Shown here one piece after another: positions 1-9,929 of a stretch of 64,000 bases of DNA. Within the stretch, counting starts at the first letter, position 1, and each line of letters opens with the position of its first letter. The translations under genes were made by a program, and so were the position numbers. Where the stretch lies: NCBI GenBank assembly GCA_964632315.1, contig CAZWEM010000010.1:1-64000 (forward strand), in the 5' to 3' direction. The notes beneath the pieces are model-generated. The model was not told where the DNA came from and ran no database searches. It worked only from the letters and a program-made list of their open reading frames with translations. This DNA is from an uncultured archaeon (GTDB lineage Archaea; Asgardarchaeota; Lokiarchaeia; Sigyniarchaeales; SOKP01).

Positions 1-277
1 AATATGATCAATTTTGTCTATTTTGCGATCCTTGATCACACTTTTCTAGCTAGTTAGACCTTTTAGATCATATCACCCTAGATCGATTTCTGGATACGTG
101 AATTATGATCGCCATCGCAATGAATTATAGTTTTTTTATCGTTTTCCATAATTGGAACTGACTGAAAGTAGTGAAAATGATCACATTTAAATATGATAAT
201 GCAGTATTATGATCAATAGAGAAAGATGTGAATTTTTTCCCACATCTAAAAAAGTAAACTTGAAGTGAACAAAAAAG

Positions 278-460
278 ATGTGTAATACCTGTTCTTGTGA
301 GAATGAAGTGAAGTGTTCAGTGGTTGGGACGGTTTCCATAGGGTTTTGTTGCCCCATGTGCGTCCAGTATGAGGAAACTCGTGAATGTGTAAAGGAGAAA
401 GTGGGCATTAAAGGTGCCAAGTCAGCTTCAATTTCACGGATTCAGTTATTAACGCATTAA
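278..460 (+). CDS. Small Cys-rich protein, paralog 1 of 3
   Basis: 60-aa ORF with CNxCxC..CS(V/I)xG...IG(F/H)CCxxC..Y(E/D)....C motif shared with the next two ORFs. Confidence 0.75.
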   Translation: MCNTCSCENEVKCSVVGTVSIGFCCPMCVQYEETRECVKEKVGIKGAKSASISRIQLLTH

Positions 461-474
461 AAGAGGTAGTAATC

Positions 475-717
475 ATGTGTAATGAATGTAAATGTTCAGA
501 AGATTTGTATGATCGTTGTTCCATATTAGGGCACATACCTATCGGTCATTGCTGTCCAATGTGTATCAATTATGAGTTGCGTCATGAATGTGAGAAACAT
601 TACTTCACATTGCACCGAGTGATTGATCCCAGTTTTAAAATGGGTAATAAGGAAAAAACCAAGGAGAAAGAGCAGGACGAAGAAGTCACGCTCATCATAA
701 ACAAAAGAGGTCAGTGA
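475..717 (+). CDS. Small Cys-rich protein, paralog 2 of 3
   Basis: Same 8-Cys motif (CNECKC...CSILGHIPIGHCCPMC); SD-like GAGGT upstream. Confidence 0.8.
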   Translation: MCNECKCSEDLYDRCSILGHIPIGHCCPMCINYELRHECEKHYFTLHRVIDPSFKMGNKEKTKEKEQDEEVTLIINKRGQ

Positions 718-998
718 AATTGTGCAATAATTGTAATTGCGATGCGTATGAGCAATGTTCAATAGTTGGAAAAACACCTATTGGATTTTGTTGTTCCAAA
801 TGCGTGTTATATGATGAAAATCACACGTGTCTTAAAACAAAAACTCGACCGATGGGAATCGAGGAGGGAGAGGAATCTGATCACTTTCGACCCATTAGCA
901 CGACCATTGAAGACGGCCTGTTGAAAGTGGTATTGAGTAAAAAAGACACTGAAATTCCGATAATCATTGATCTTCAAAAACAATTAGACTCTAAATAA
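714..998 (+). CDS. Small Cys-rich protein, paralog 3 of 3
   Basis: Same motif (CNNCNC...CSIVGKTPIGFCCSKC); GTG start overlaps previous TGA (GTGA). Confidence 0.8.
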   Translation: MKLCNNCNCDAYEQCSIVGKTPIGFCCSKCVLYDENHTCLKTKTRPMGIEEGEESDHFRPISTTIEDGLLKVVLSKKDTEIPIIIDLQKQLDSK

Positions 999-1275
999 TC
1001 CATTTAGTTAGGAAAAGAGTTTTAAAAGCACAAATTTGGATAAAATTCAGGGGATTGATCCTTAGAGCATGCAATAATTGTGGGTTTCAGATACTATTGC
1101 ATTTATAATGTTAGATTTTCATAAAAAAGATCAACTTTCATGCAGAAATTAAAAAATTTAAAAGAGTTTCATAATTACGAAACACAATTATTAAGGGAAA
1201 AATGGCACGTGACAGAAATGTCATAAATATGTTTCCATTTTTACTCAAAATTAATATGAAAAATGGGGCAAGAAC

Positions 1276-1773
1276 ATGAGTGTTATAAATTTTGATTTTA
1301 GGAATGAGGTTCTTAAACATAATGCTTCTTTAAGTTATTGTTATCAATGTTCCACTTGTTCTGGTGGTTGTCCAGTTGCTTTACTAACTGAGGGCATGTA
1401 TAATCCTCGAATGATCATTGAAGAAGCGATATTGGGGTTGCAGGATAAATTAGTTGATCAACAAATTCCAAACGTGTGGTTATGCTCCACTTGTCAAAAA
1501 TGCGTAGAGTTATGTCCTCAAAGAGTAGAGTTAACAGAAATCTTTACTTTGATTAAAAACCGATGTTTTGAAGAAAGTGAGGTTCCACCAGCATTTATAT
1601 CCCAAGGGAAAGCTATAGTGGACAATGGTGTAGCTATCCCTTATTCAAATTCGATTTTATCAAGAAGGAGCAAGTTAGGACTTCCACAGGTTAAGACAGC
1701 TCCAATGGAAGAGATCAAACAATTATTAAAAGAAACCAATTTTGAATATCATATTACTAGGAGGGGCGAATAG
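1276..1773 (+). CDS. hdrC: Heterodisulfide reductase subunit C
   Basis: CYQCSTCSGGCP and WLCSTCQKCVELCP 4Fe-4S motifs; directly upstream of hdrB. Confidence 0.93.
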   Translation: MSVINFDFRNEVLKHNASLSYCYQCSTCSGGCPVALLTEGMYNPRMIIEEAILGLQDKLVDQQIPNVWLCSTCQKCVELCPQRVELTEIFTLIKNRCFEESEVPPAFISQGKAIVDNGVAIPYSNSILSRRSKLGLPQVKTAPMEEIKQLLKETNFEYHITRRGE

Positions 1774-1776
1774 AGG

Positions 1777-2655
1777 ATGGATTATGATATTTTTTTAGGT
1801 TGCGTGATCCCCGCAAGATTACCATTTTTAGAAGCATCCAGTAGGAAAGTGTTTGAGACATTAGGTATCAAATTAAATGATGTAGATGGATTTAGTTGTT
1901 GTCCTGATCCTACGGGTATAGAATTGATAGATCATAAAACTTGGCTCACTCTTGGAGCGAGAAATTTGAGTTTATCTAAGAATGGAAACGGAGGAATTAT
2001 ATCTTTTTGTTCTGGATGCGTGGAAACATTAAAAGGAGTGAATTACTCGTTGAATAAAGATCCATCTTTATTGGAAGAAGTAAATGAACATCTAAGCAAG
2101 ATTGGCAAAAATTATGATGGAAAAACAGGAGTAAAGCATTTTACCCAAGTCCTATATGAGAACTTAGATAAGGTTAAGGAAAAAGTGGTAAAACCATTAA
2201 CAGGATTTAAAGTAGCAGTTCATTATGGATGCCACTATTTAAGACCGTCTGAATTCATACAATGGGATGACCCATTTAATCCTTACACGATTGATGAAAT
2301 AGTAAACGCAATTGGTGCAGAGTCCATAGATTATGAGAACAAAATCGAGTGCTGTGGCAATCCTGTAGATAAATCAGATGGAGATTTATCATTATTGATG
2401 ATTGAAAACAAGTTGAAAGCAATTCAAAATGCTGGAGCGAATTGTGTGGCTCTTGTGTGCCCAGCTTGTTACCAACAGTTTGACTTTAATCAGAGAGAAT
2501 TAAGCAAAAAGGAAGGAGTGGATTTCCAAATTCCTGTATTTTATCTCTCAGAATTAGTTGCGTTGGCCTTTGGTCATAAACAAGAGAATTTAGGACTAAA
2601 TTTCCATAGGGTGAGACCGAAGGGGTTATTGGAAAGCCTAAACTTCTCAAATTAA
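1777..2655 (+). CDS. hdrB: Heterodisulfide reductase subunit B
   Basis: FLGC, SCCP, HYGCHYLRP, ECCG, CPACYQQFD (two CCG-type domains). Confidence 0.95.
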   Translation: MDYDIFLGCVIPARLPFLEASSRKVFETLGIKLNDVDGFSCCPDPTGIELIDHKTWLTLGARNLSLSKNGNGGIISFCSGCVETLKGVNYSLNKDPSLLEEVNEHLSKIGKNYDGKTGVKHFTQVLYENLDKVKEKVVKPLTGFKVAVHYGCHYLRPSEFIQWDDPFNPYTIDEIVNAIGAESIDYENKIECCGNPVDKSDGDLSLLMIENKLKAIQNAGANCVALVCPACYQQFDFNQRELSKKEGVDFQIPVFYLSELVALAFGHKQENLGLNFHRVRPKGLLESLNFSN

Positions 2656-2685
2656 ATTTTAAATATTAAATGATAAAAATATCGC

Positions 2686-4002
2686 GTGAATATTATGCAA
2701 GAAAATCCAAAAAGCGCATTAGTCATTGGTGGAGGTATTGCGGGAATCCAAGCAGCATTAGATTTAGCTGATATGGGAATACATGTCGATATGGTGGAAA
2801 AAAAGCCCTGTATTGGTGGAAAGATGGCCCAATTAGACAAGACTTTTCCTACCAATGATTGTTCAATATGCATTTTAGCTCCCAAATTATCTGAATGTTA
2901 CCGACATCCCAACATCACTCTATATTCGTATAGCGAAGTGCAAAAAGTTCAAGGAATGGCTGGTAACTTTTCAGTTGACATTTTAAAGAAAGCAAGATAT
3001 GTGAAGGAAAGCGAGTGTATAAATTGTGGTTTGTGTGCTGAGAAATGTCCAATGAGAGTGGATGATGAGTTTGATAGGGAATTAAGGAAGCGAAGGGCGA
3101 TTTACATGTACTATTTACAAGGTGTTCCCGCTATCATGACTATCGATAAGGAAAAATGTTTATGGTTTACAAAAAATGCGTGTAGAATATGTGAAAAAAC
3201 CTGCGAGCGAGATGCAATCGATTTTGAACAAAAAGATGAGCTTATAAAATTGGAGAATGTTGGATCCATAATTGTAGCTACAGGATATAACTTAATAGAA
3301 GATGTTGAAAAAAGTGCTTTAATTAATTATGGTTATGGAAAATTGAGGAATGTTGTAACTGCCTTAGAATTTGAACGCCTAGAAAGTGCTTCAGGACCTC
3401 AAGGTGGCCATATCAAACGACTTTCAGATGGAAAGACACCAAAAAAGATTGCTTTCCTACAATGTATTGGATCTCGTTCAGATAGAGTTGCTCAGTATTG
3501 TTCTTCAATTTGTTGCATGTATACTACCAAAGAAGCGATGATTGCATATGAACATAATAATGAATTACAATCATATGTCTTTTACATTGATATGCGCGCC
3601 GGAGGTAAAGGGTTTCAGTCTTTTCTTCGTCGGGGGGCTTCAGAATATAATATTAATTATATTAAGAGTAAAATTGCTCAAATAATAATTGACGAAGAAG
3701 AAAATCCTATTATCGTGTATGAAGATTTGGATAACAGGCAAATTAAACAACTCAAGGTAGATTTAGTGGTATTGGCTACTTGTATAATTCCACCTCAAGG
3801 AATAGAAAAATTAGCAGAAGTATTAGATATTGAATTGGATGATTATAATTTTATAAAAACAACACCGTTCATTCCCGTTGAGACGAGTAAAAATGGAGTT
3901 TTTACATGTGGATGCGTGCATGAACCAATGGATATCCCTCGTTCCGTTGCTGAAGGAAGTGGAGCAGCAGCACGAGCAGCAGAAGTAATTAGAGGAGGTT
4001 AA
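2686..4002 (+). CDS. hdrA: HdrA-like flavoprotein, N-terminal half of a split large HdrA (ATG at 2695 is an alternative start)
   Basis: GGGIAG FAD motif, LDKTFPTNDC, inserted ferredoxin, QCIGSR..YCSSICCMY; colinear with the first ~430 aa of 6454-9468. Confidence 0.9.
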   Translation: MNIMQENPKSALVIGGGIAGIQAALDLADMGIHVDMVEKKPCIGGKMAQLDKTFPTNDCSICILAPKLSECYRHPNITLYSYSEVQKVQGMAGNFSVDILKKARYVKESECINCGLCAEKCPMRVDDEFDRELRKRRAIYMYYLQGVPAIMTIDKEKCLWFTKNACRICEKTCERDAIDFEQKDELIKLENVGSIIVATGYNLIEDVEKSALINYGYGKLRNVVTALEFERLESASGPQGGHIKRLSDGKTPKKIAFLQCIGSRSDRVAQYCSSICCMYTTKEAMIAYEHNNELQSYVFYIDMRAGGKGFQSFLRRGASEYNINYIKSKIAQIIIDEEENPIIVYEDLDNRQIKQLKVDLVVLATCIIPPQGIEKLAEVLDIELDDYNFIKTTPFIPVETSKNGVFTCGCVHEPMDIPRSVAEGSGAAARAAEVIRGG

Positions 4003-4004
4003 AA

Positions 4005-5684
4005 ATGAGTGATAAAAAAGAGGAGGAACCACGGGTCGGAGTTTTTATCTGTCATTGTGGTTCAAACATAGGTGGTTTAATTGATTGCGAAAAGTTAGCA
4101 GAATATGCTGGAGATTTGCCAAGCGTTGCTCATAGTGAAGATAATTTGTATACATGTTCAGAAACTGGCTTAACAGCGATTAAAACAGCAATAAAAGAAC
4201 ATAATTTAAATAGAGTTGTTGTTGCATCTTGCACCCCTCGTACGCATGAACCGCTATTTCGTGAGTGTATATCCGAAGGCGGATTAAATCCTTACTTGTT
4301 TGATTTCGTTAATATTCGTGATCAATGCACATGGGTACACATGAAAGATGCGGAAGGAGCCTATGAGAAAGCCAAGGATTTAGTAAAAATGGGAGCAGCA
4401 AAAGCAGCTAAATTAGAACCATTAGAGATGATAAAAGTAGATATTAATCCAGTTGGTTTGGTCATCGGAGGTGGAGTTACTGGGATGAGTGCAGCACTTA
4501 ATCTAAGTCAACAAGGTTTTAAAACGTATTTAATCGAAAAGGAAAGCAGATTAGGTGGAAGATTACGATCGCTTAATAGATTGTTTCCCTATGACATAGA
4601 TGCTTCTGAATTTATCTCCAGTATGATTTCTAAGGTAGAAAACGCATCAAATTTAGAAGTATTAACCTCTGCTAAAGTAAAAAATATTGATGGTTTTGTT
4701 GGAAATTATGAGGTAGAAATTGATCAACAAGGAAATCTCCTGAACATCGAAGTAGGAGCAATTATTGTTGCTGTAGGATCATCCCTTTTGGATCCTCAAG
4801 GTCTTTTTAATTATAATGGTAAAAATGTGATAACTCAATTTGAATTAGAATCCTTGTTAAAGGAAGGATTTAAGAATGAAAATATTGTAATGATACAATG
4901 TGCTGGATCACGTAATAGCGAGAGAATTTATTGTTCGAGTGTTTGTTGCATGACAGCCTTAAAAAATGCACGCTATATCAAAGAAAAGAATCCTAACGCT
5001 AATGTTATCATCCTTTTTCGAGATCTTTATACTCCAGGTACAGAATTTGAGAAGTATTATAGAGCGACACGAGAATTAGGCGTTTTGTTTGTAAAATATG
5101 AGGAAGAAAAATTACCAATTGTAGAAGATAAAATTGTAAGAGTATACAATGATTATATTGGAGAAGAAATGCAAATTCCATACGATCTTGTGGTTTTGTC
5201 AACTCCCTTAGTAGCTAATGAAGATAATAAAGAGCTGGCTCAATTATTAAAAGTACCGACTGAAACAAATAATTTTTTTTTAGAAGCACATGTTAAATTA
5301 CGCCCAAGTGATTTTGCAACAGATGGGGTATATGTGGGAGGGACAGCTAAATGGCCTGTTGATATCACAGAATCTATTAGTCAAGGATACTCAGCTGCTT
5401 CACGTGCCAGTACTGTTTTGTCTCATAGTATGATAGAGGTAGAGGGTGCCACCTCCAATTTACCTGAATTTAATAAGAGTCTCTGCACAGGTTGTGAGGT
5501 TTGCGTGAAGGTTTGTCCTTTCCATGCTATAGTTAAAAACGAAAATGATGAGATCGAAATCATTGAAGCACTCTGCAAGGGTTGTGGTGTATGCGGAGCA
5601 ACATGTACCAATCAAGCGATAGTAATTAGACATTTCACGGACGATCAAATATTATCTGAAATAATGGCTTATGGAGGAAAATGA
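4005..5684 (+). CDS. hdrA: HdrA-like flavoprotein, C-terminal half of a split large HdrA
   Basis: GVFICHCGSNI, ASCTPRTHEPLF, NIRDQCTWVH, EAHVKLRP, C-terminal 2x4Fe-4S; own GGAGG SD. Confidence 0.9.
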   Translation: MSDKKEEEPRVGVFICHCGSNIGGLIDCEKLAEYAGDLPSVAHSEDNLYTCSETGLTAIKTAIKEHNLNRVVVASCTPRTHEPLFRECISEGGLNPYLFDFVNIRDQCTWVHMKDAEGAYEKAKDLVKMGAAKAAKLEPLEMIKVDINPVGLVIGGGVTGMSAALNLSQQGFKTYLIEKESRLGGRLRSLNRLFPYDIDASEFISSMISKVENASNLEVLTSAKVKNIDGFVGNYEVEIDQQGNLLNIEVGAIIVAVGSSLLDPQGLFNYNGKNVITQFELESLLKEGFKNENIVMIQCAGSRNSERIYCSSVCCMTALKNARYIKEKNPNANVIILFRDLYTPGTEFEKYYRATRELGVLFVKYEEEKLPIVEDKIVRVYNDYIGEEMQIPYDLVVLSTPLVANEDNKELAQLLKVPTETNNFFLEAHVKLRPSDFATDGVYVGGTAKWPVDITESISQGYSAASRASTVLSHSMIEVEGATSNLPEFNKSLCTGCEVCVKVCPFHAIVKNENDEIEIIEALCKGCGVCGATCTNQAIVIRHFTDDQILSEIMAYGGK

Positions 5685-5688
5685 TAAA

Positions 5689-6450
5689 ATGACATTTGAA
5701 CCTAAACTATTAGGATTTTTATGTAATTGGTGCTCTTATGCTGGTGCGGATTTAGCCGGTGTTAGTAGGATTCAATATCCTCCAAATATGAGAGTCATTA
5801 GAGTCATGTGTAGTGGTCGTGTAGATCCAAAATTTATAATTCAAGCCCTAGAATTGGGGATTGACGGAGTTTATGTTATGGGTTGTCATCCTGGTGATTG
5901 TCATTATCTTGAGGGAAATTATGAGGCAATAAGAAAATTCGATATGACAAAAAAGTTCTTGGAAACTGTTGGTTTAGATAATAGAATTAGATTAGATTGG
6001 GTTTCAGCATCTGAAGGAGTAAGATATGGTGAAGTGGTCACCAAATTTGTTAATGATATTAGAGAGTTAGGTCCATCACCTTTAAGTGGTGATGATTATG
6101 ATAAACAACTTTTACAAAAGATCAGAGCTATCAGTTTAGCTGTGAGTAGTTCTAGAATGAGATCTTTAGTCGGGAGAGAAAGAAAGCTGACTGAAGAAGG
6201 TAATGTGTATGGGGAAAAATACCCTGAAGATCAATTTGAAGAACTTATGGATACAGCAATAAAGGAAGAGTTCGAGAGACATTTAATATTAGTTGCAATG
6301 GAAGATGAATCTAAATCCGTGAAATCTTTAGCAAAAGAATTGGATATCGATCCAAGTGTGGTATTAGAACACATGCTAGTGCTAAAAAAGCGGAGTCAAG
6401 TTGATTTTCAAGAAATTATTGAAAATACACCAATTTTTATGAGGTTATAA
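5689..6450 (+). CDS. mvhD: MvhD/FlxD-type [2Fe-2S] subunit with C-terminal extension (winged-HTH-like)
   Basis: FLCNWCSYAGAD, RVMCSGRV, GCHPGDCHY; about 120 extra C-terminal residues. Confidence 0.88.
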   Translation: MTFEPKLLGFLCNWCSYAGADLAGVSRIQYPPNMRVIRVMCSGRVDPKFIIQALELGIDGVYVMGCHPGDCHYLEGNYEAIRKFDMTKKFLETVGLDNRIRLDWVSASEGVRYGEVVTKFVNDIRELGPSPLSGDDYDKQLLQKIRAISLAVSSSRMRSLVGRERKLTEEGNVYGEKYPEDQFEELMDTAIKEEFERHLILVAMEDESKSVKSLAKELDIDPSVVLEHMLVLKKRSQVDFQEIIENTPIFMRL

Positions 6451-6453
6451 TAC

Positions 6454-9400
6454 ATGGAAAAAGTAGGAGCTGTGATGGTTGTTGGTGCTGGAATTGGGGG
6501 TTCTCAAGCAGCATTGGATCTAGCGGATTCGGGGTATAAAGTTTATTTAATTGAAGCTAGCACGAGTATTGGGGGAGTAATGGCTCAGCTTGATAAAACA
6601 TTTCCGACCAATGATTGTGCCATGTGTATTGTTTCCCCCAAATTAGTTGAAACCGGTCGTCACCAAAACATTGACTTGAGTATAAATTGTGTAATTGAAG
6701 ATGTAAAAGGTGAGGCGGGTAATTTTACGATAAAGGTTAGAAAAAAGTCATTATTTATTAATCCGGATAAATGTACGGGATGTGGTGTTTGCGGTCGTGA
6801 ATGTCCCGTAGAAGCAATTGATCTTTTCAATGAAAGATTGGCAAAATATGCTGCCACATCAGTGAAATATCCTCAAGCAGTGCCTTTAGTGTATGCAATT
6901 AATAGGGATTATTGTATAGGATGTGGTATCTGTCAAGGAGTTTGCAAGGCTAAAGCCGTTGAATATGATCGAGAAGATGAAATTGAGGATATAAATGTCG
7001 GAGCCATAGTTTTGGCACCTGGATTTGATGAATTTGTCCCCCAAGAAGCAAATCTTTACGGATATGGAAAATATAAAAACGTAGTCACGAGTATTGAATT
7101 TGAAAGAATTTTAAGTGCTAGTGGCCCATATGCTGGAAGAGTTTTGCGACCCTCAGACGGTGATGTACCAGAAAAAGTGGCATTTCTTCAGTGTGTTGGC
7201 TCGCGGGATTATTCTGGAGTTGGAAATCCATATTGTTCATCCGTATGTTGTATGTATACAGCCAAAGAAGCGGTTATTGCCCATGAACATATGCATCAAA
7301 TTAAACCAACAATTTTTAGCATGGACATACGGGCTTATGGTAAGGATTTTGATAAGTACATCATTAGGGCTCAAGAGGAGTATGGAGTTCAATACATACG
7401 AAGTCGTATCTCATCCATTAAAGAAGTTCCAGAAACTAAGAATTTGAGAATAACATATGAAACAGAAAATGGTAACATCATTGAAGATGAGTTCCACATG
7501 GTTGTCCTTGCTGTGGGTTTTAATCCTCCAACTGATGCAGAATATCTTGCTGGAAAATTTGGTATTGAACTAAATGAGTATAAGTTTGCAAAAACAGATA
7601 TTTTTAATCCAGTAATCACTTCTAAACCTGGAATTTTTGCTTGTGGTGCATTTTCTTCACCAAAAGATATTCCTGATACCGTAACTCAAGCAAGTGCCGC
7701 AGCAGGTTGTGTTGATCAACTTATATACAATCAGAAGGGAACATTAATAACTGAAAAAACTCTACCTCCAGAAATTTTTGTGAATGGACAGCCACCGAGA
7801 ATTGGAGTATTTATTTGTCATTGTGGAATTAATATCGGAGGCTTTGTTGATGTTCCAGAGGTTACAAGATATGCAAAAACCCTTCCTAACGTTGTAATGT
7901 CAGATAGGAACCTATATACTTGTTCTGCAGATACTCAGTCAATTATAAAGGAAAAAATAGAAGAATATCATTTAAATCGAGTCATAGTTGCTTCTTGTAC
8001 GCCTCGAACACATGAACCATTATTTCAAGAAACGATTAGAGAAGCAGGATTGAATAGATATTTATTTCAAATGGCAAATATTAGAGATCAGTGTTCTTGG
8101 GTACACATGAATGAACCAGAAGCAGCTACAGAAAAAGCAAAAGATTTAGTCAGAATGGCAGTAAATAAGGCAAGATATATCGAGCCTATAGACAGAATAA
8201 AGTTAAATGTTACTCCTAAAACTCTCGTTATTGGTGGTGGTGTAAGTGGAATGGTTGCTGCACTGAATTTCGCAAGCCAAGAATACGAAACTTACTTGGT
8301 AGAGAGAGAAGCAGAATTAGGCGGTATTGCAAGAAATATTTTCCATACCTTGGAAGGAGGAGACGTACAAGAATTTATTAGTGATTTAGAAGAAAAAGTC
8401 AGAAGGAATGAACATATTCATTTATTTACTGATGCGGAAATTGAAAACATAGATGGATACATAGGAAATTTTAAAACAGCTGTTATCCACGGTAAAAATA
8501 AGGAAAGAGTTGAGTTTGAACATGGTGTTATAGTAGTTGCTACGGGGGCCAAAGAATACGAACCAAAGGAATATCTTTTCGGTCAAAATGATAATGTACT
8601 CCTTCAATCTGAATTTGAAAGACTTCTAAACACATCTAATGAAATACATGATAAAAATTCAATTGTTATGATTCAATGCGTAGGGTCCAGAAATGATGAA
8701 CATCCTTACTGTAGTAAAATGTGTTGTTCTGAAGCAATTAAAAATGCTCTAAAGGCTAAGGAAATGTACCCTGAATTAGAGATCACGATTCTATTCAGGG
8801 ATATACGCACTTATGGATTTAAAGAAAGCTATTATCGTGAAGCGAGAGAGAAAGGAGTCATCTTCATTCAATACGATGAAAAGAATCCTCCTGAAGTTAG
8901 CCCCTCTAAAAATAAGTTAAATGTTAAGGTAAAAACTCCTAAAAACGAGGAGTATTTAATTAATTCAGATTTGCTCATATTAAGTGCTGGGATTTATGCA
9001 AATAGGGAAGAAAACGAAGAATTAGCAAAAATGTTGAAAGTACCATTGAACGAGGATAATTTCTTTTTAGAAGCTCATGTAAAGTTAAGACCCATAGATT
9101 TTGCGACTGAAGGTGTCTTTGTCGCGGGTTTAGCCCATTGTCCAAAAACTATTGAAGATTCGATTTCACAAGCAAATGCAGCAGTTTCAAGAGCATGTAC
9201 GATTCTATCTAAGGAAGAAATAGAAGCAGAGGGAAAAACTGCGAGAATCAACATAGCAAGATGCACTGGATGTGGAATGTGTGTTGAAAATTGTGCTTAT
9301 AATGCTATAGAATTAATTGAAGATAGAAGATTTGGAAGAGTTGCATCAATAAATCAGGCTCTTTGTAAAGGATGTGGAGCTTGTTCTGGGAATTGCAGAT

Positions 9401-9468
9401 GTGCAGCCATAGATATACTTGGATTTACTGGTGAGGAAATATTTGCAATGATTACGGGGAGGAATTAA
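6454..9468 (+). CDS. hdrA: Large HdrA with two FAD modules
   Basis: Two Rossmann motifs, LDKTFPTNDC, CHCGINI, two QCVGSR motifs, ferredoxin domains. Confidence 0.95.
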   Translation: MEKVGAVMVVGAGIGGSQAALDLADSGYKVYLIEASTSIGGVMAQLDKTFPTNDCAMCIVSPKLVETGRHQNIDLSINCVIEDVKGEAGNFTIKVRKKSLFINPDKCTGCGVCGRECPVEAIDLFNERLAKYAATSVKYPQAVPLVYAINRDYCIGCGICQGVCKAKAVEYDREDEIEDINVGAIVLAPGFDEFVPQEANLYGYGKYKNVVTSIEFERILSASGPYAGRVLRPSDGDVPEKVAFLQCVGSRDYSGVGNPYCSSVCCMYTAKEAVIAHEHMHQIKPTIFSMDIRAYGKDFDKYIIRAQEEYGVQYIRSRISSIKEVPETKNLRITYETENGNIIEDEFHMVVLAVGFNPPTDAEYLAGKFGIELNEYKFAKTDIFNPVITSKPGIFACGAFSSPKDIPDTVTQASAAAGCVDQLIYNQKGTLITEKTLPPEIFVNGQPPRIGVFICHCGINIGGFVDVPEVTRYAKTLPNVVMSDRNLYTCSADTQSIIKEKIEEYHLNRVIVASCTPRTHEPLFQETIREAGLNRYLFQMANIRDQCSWVHMNEPEAATEKAKDLVRMAVNKARYIEPIDRIKLNVTPKTLVIGGGVSGMVAALNFASQEYETYLVEREAELGGIARNIFHTLEGGDVQEFISDLEEKVRRNEHIHLFTDAEIENIDGYIGNFKTAVIHGKNKERVEFEHGVIVVATGAKEYEPKEYLFGQNDNVLLQSEFERLLNTSNEIHDKNSIVMIQCVGSRNDEHPYCSKMCCSEAIKNALKAKEMYPELEITILFRDIRTYGFKESYYREAREKGVIFIQYDEKNPPEVSPSKNKLNVKVKTPKNEEYLINSDLLILSAGIYANREENEELAKMLKVPLNEDNFFLEAHVKLRPIDFATEGVFVAGLAHCPKTIEDSISQANAAVSRACTILSKEEIEAEGKTARINIARCTGCGMCVENCAYNAIELIEDRRFGRVASINQALCKGCGACSGNCRCAAIDILGFTGEEIFAMITGRN

Positions 9469-9471
9469 GAA

Positions 9472-9924
9472 ATGACAATTCAAACTGAACAGGAAAAAAA
9501 TGAGAGTGAAGAATGGCAACCTAAAATAATTGCTTTTCTTTGTAATTGGTGCTCTTATGCGGGTGCAGATTTAGCGGGAGTTAGTAGGATTCAGTATCCT
9601 CCAAACATTAGAATAGTCAGGGTTCCATGTTCTGGGAGAGTAAATCCATACTTCATTATAAAAAGTCTAATCGATGGATGGGATGGCGTATTAGTTTCAG
9701 GTTGTCATCCAGGTGATTGTCATTATCTTTCAGGTAATTTAGTTGCCAGAAGAAGGTTCGCAATATTAAAAGAATTGTTAGAATTTTTTGGTATCGAATC
9801 AGGTAGAGTGAATTTTATGTGGGCGTCCGCGGCTGAAGGAGAACGATTTGCAATGTTAGTTAGAAAAGCAACGAAAATAGTAAAAGCACTAGGGCCAAAT
9901 AAAAAATTTGAAAAGAAATGGTGA
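9472..9924 (+). CDS. mvhD: MvhD/FlxD [2Fe-2S] subunit
   Basis: FLCNWCSYAGAD, RVPCSGRV, GCHPGDCHY. Confidence 0.93.
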   Translation: MTIQTEQEKNESEEWQPKIIAFLCNWCSYAGADLAGVSRIQYPPNIRIVRVPCSGRVNPYFIIKSLIDGWDGVLVSGCHPGDCHYLSGNLVARRRFAILKELLEFFGIESGRVNFMWASAAEGERFAMLVRKATKIVKALGPNKKFEKKW

Positions 9925-9929
9925 GGAAA

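Noticed and set aside
3990-4010. Intron or frameshift joining the two HdrA halves
   Set aside because: Only 2 nt separate the ORFs, there is no hairpin, and the second gene has its own SD and ATG.
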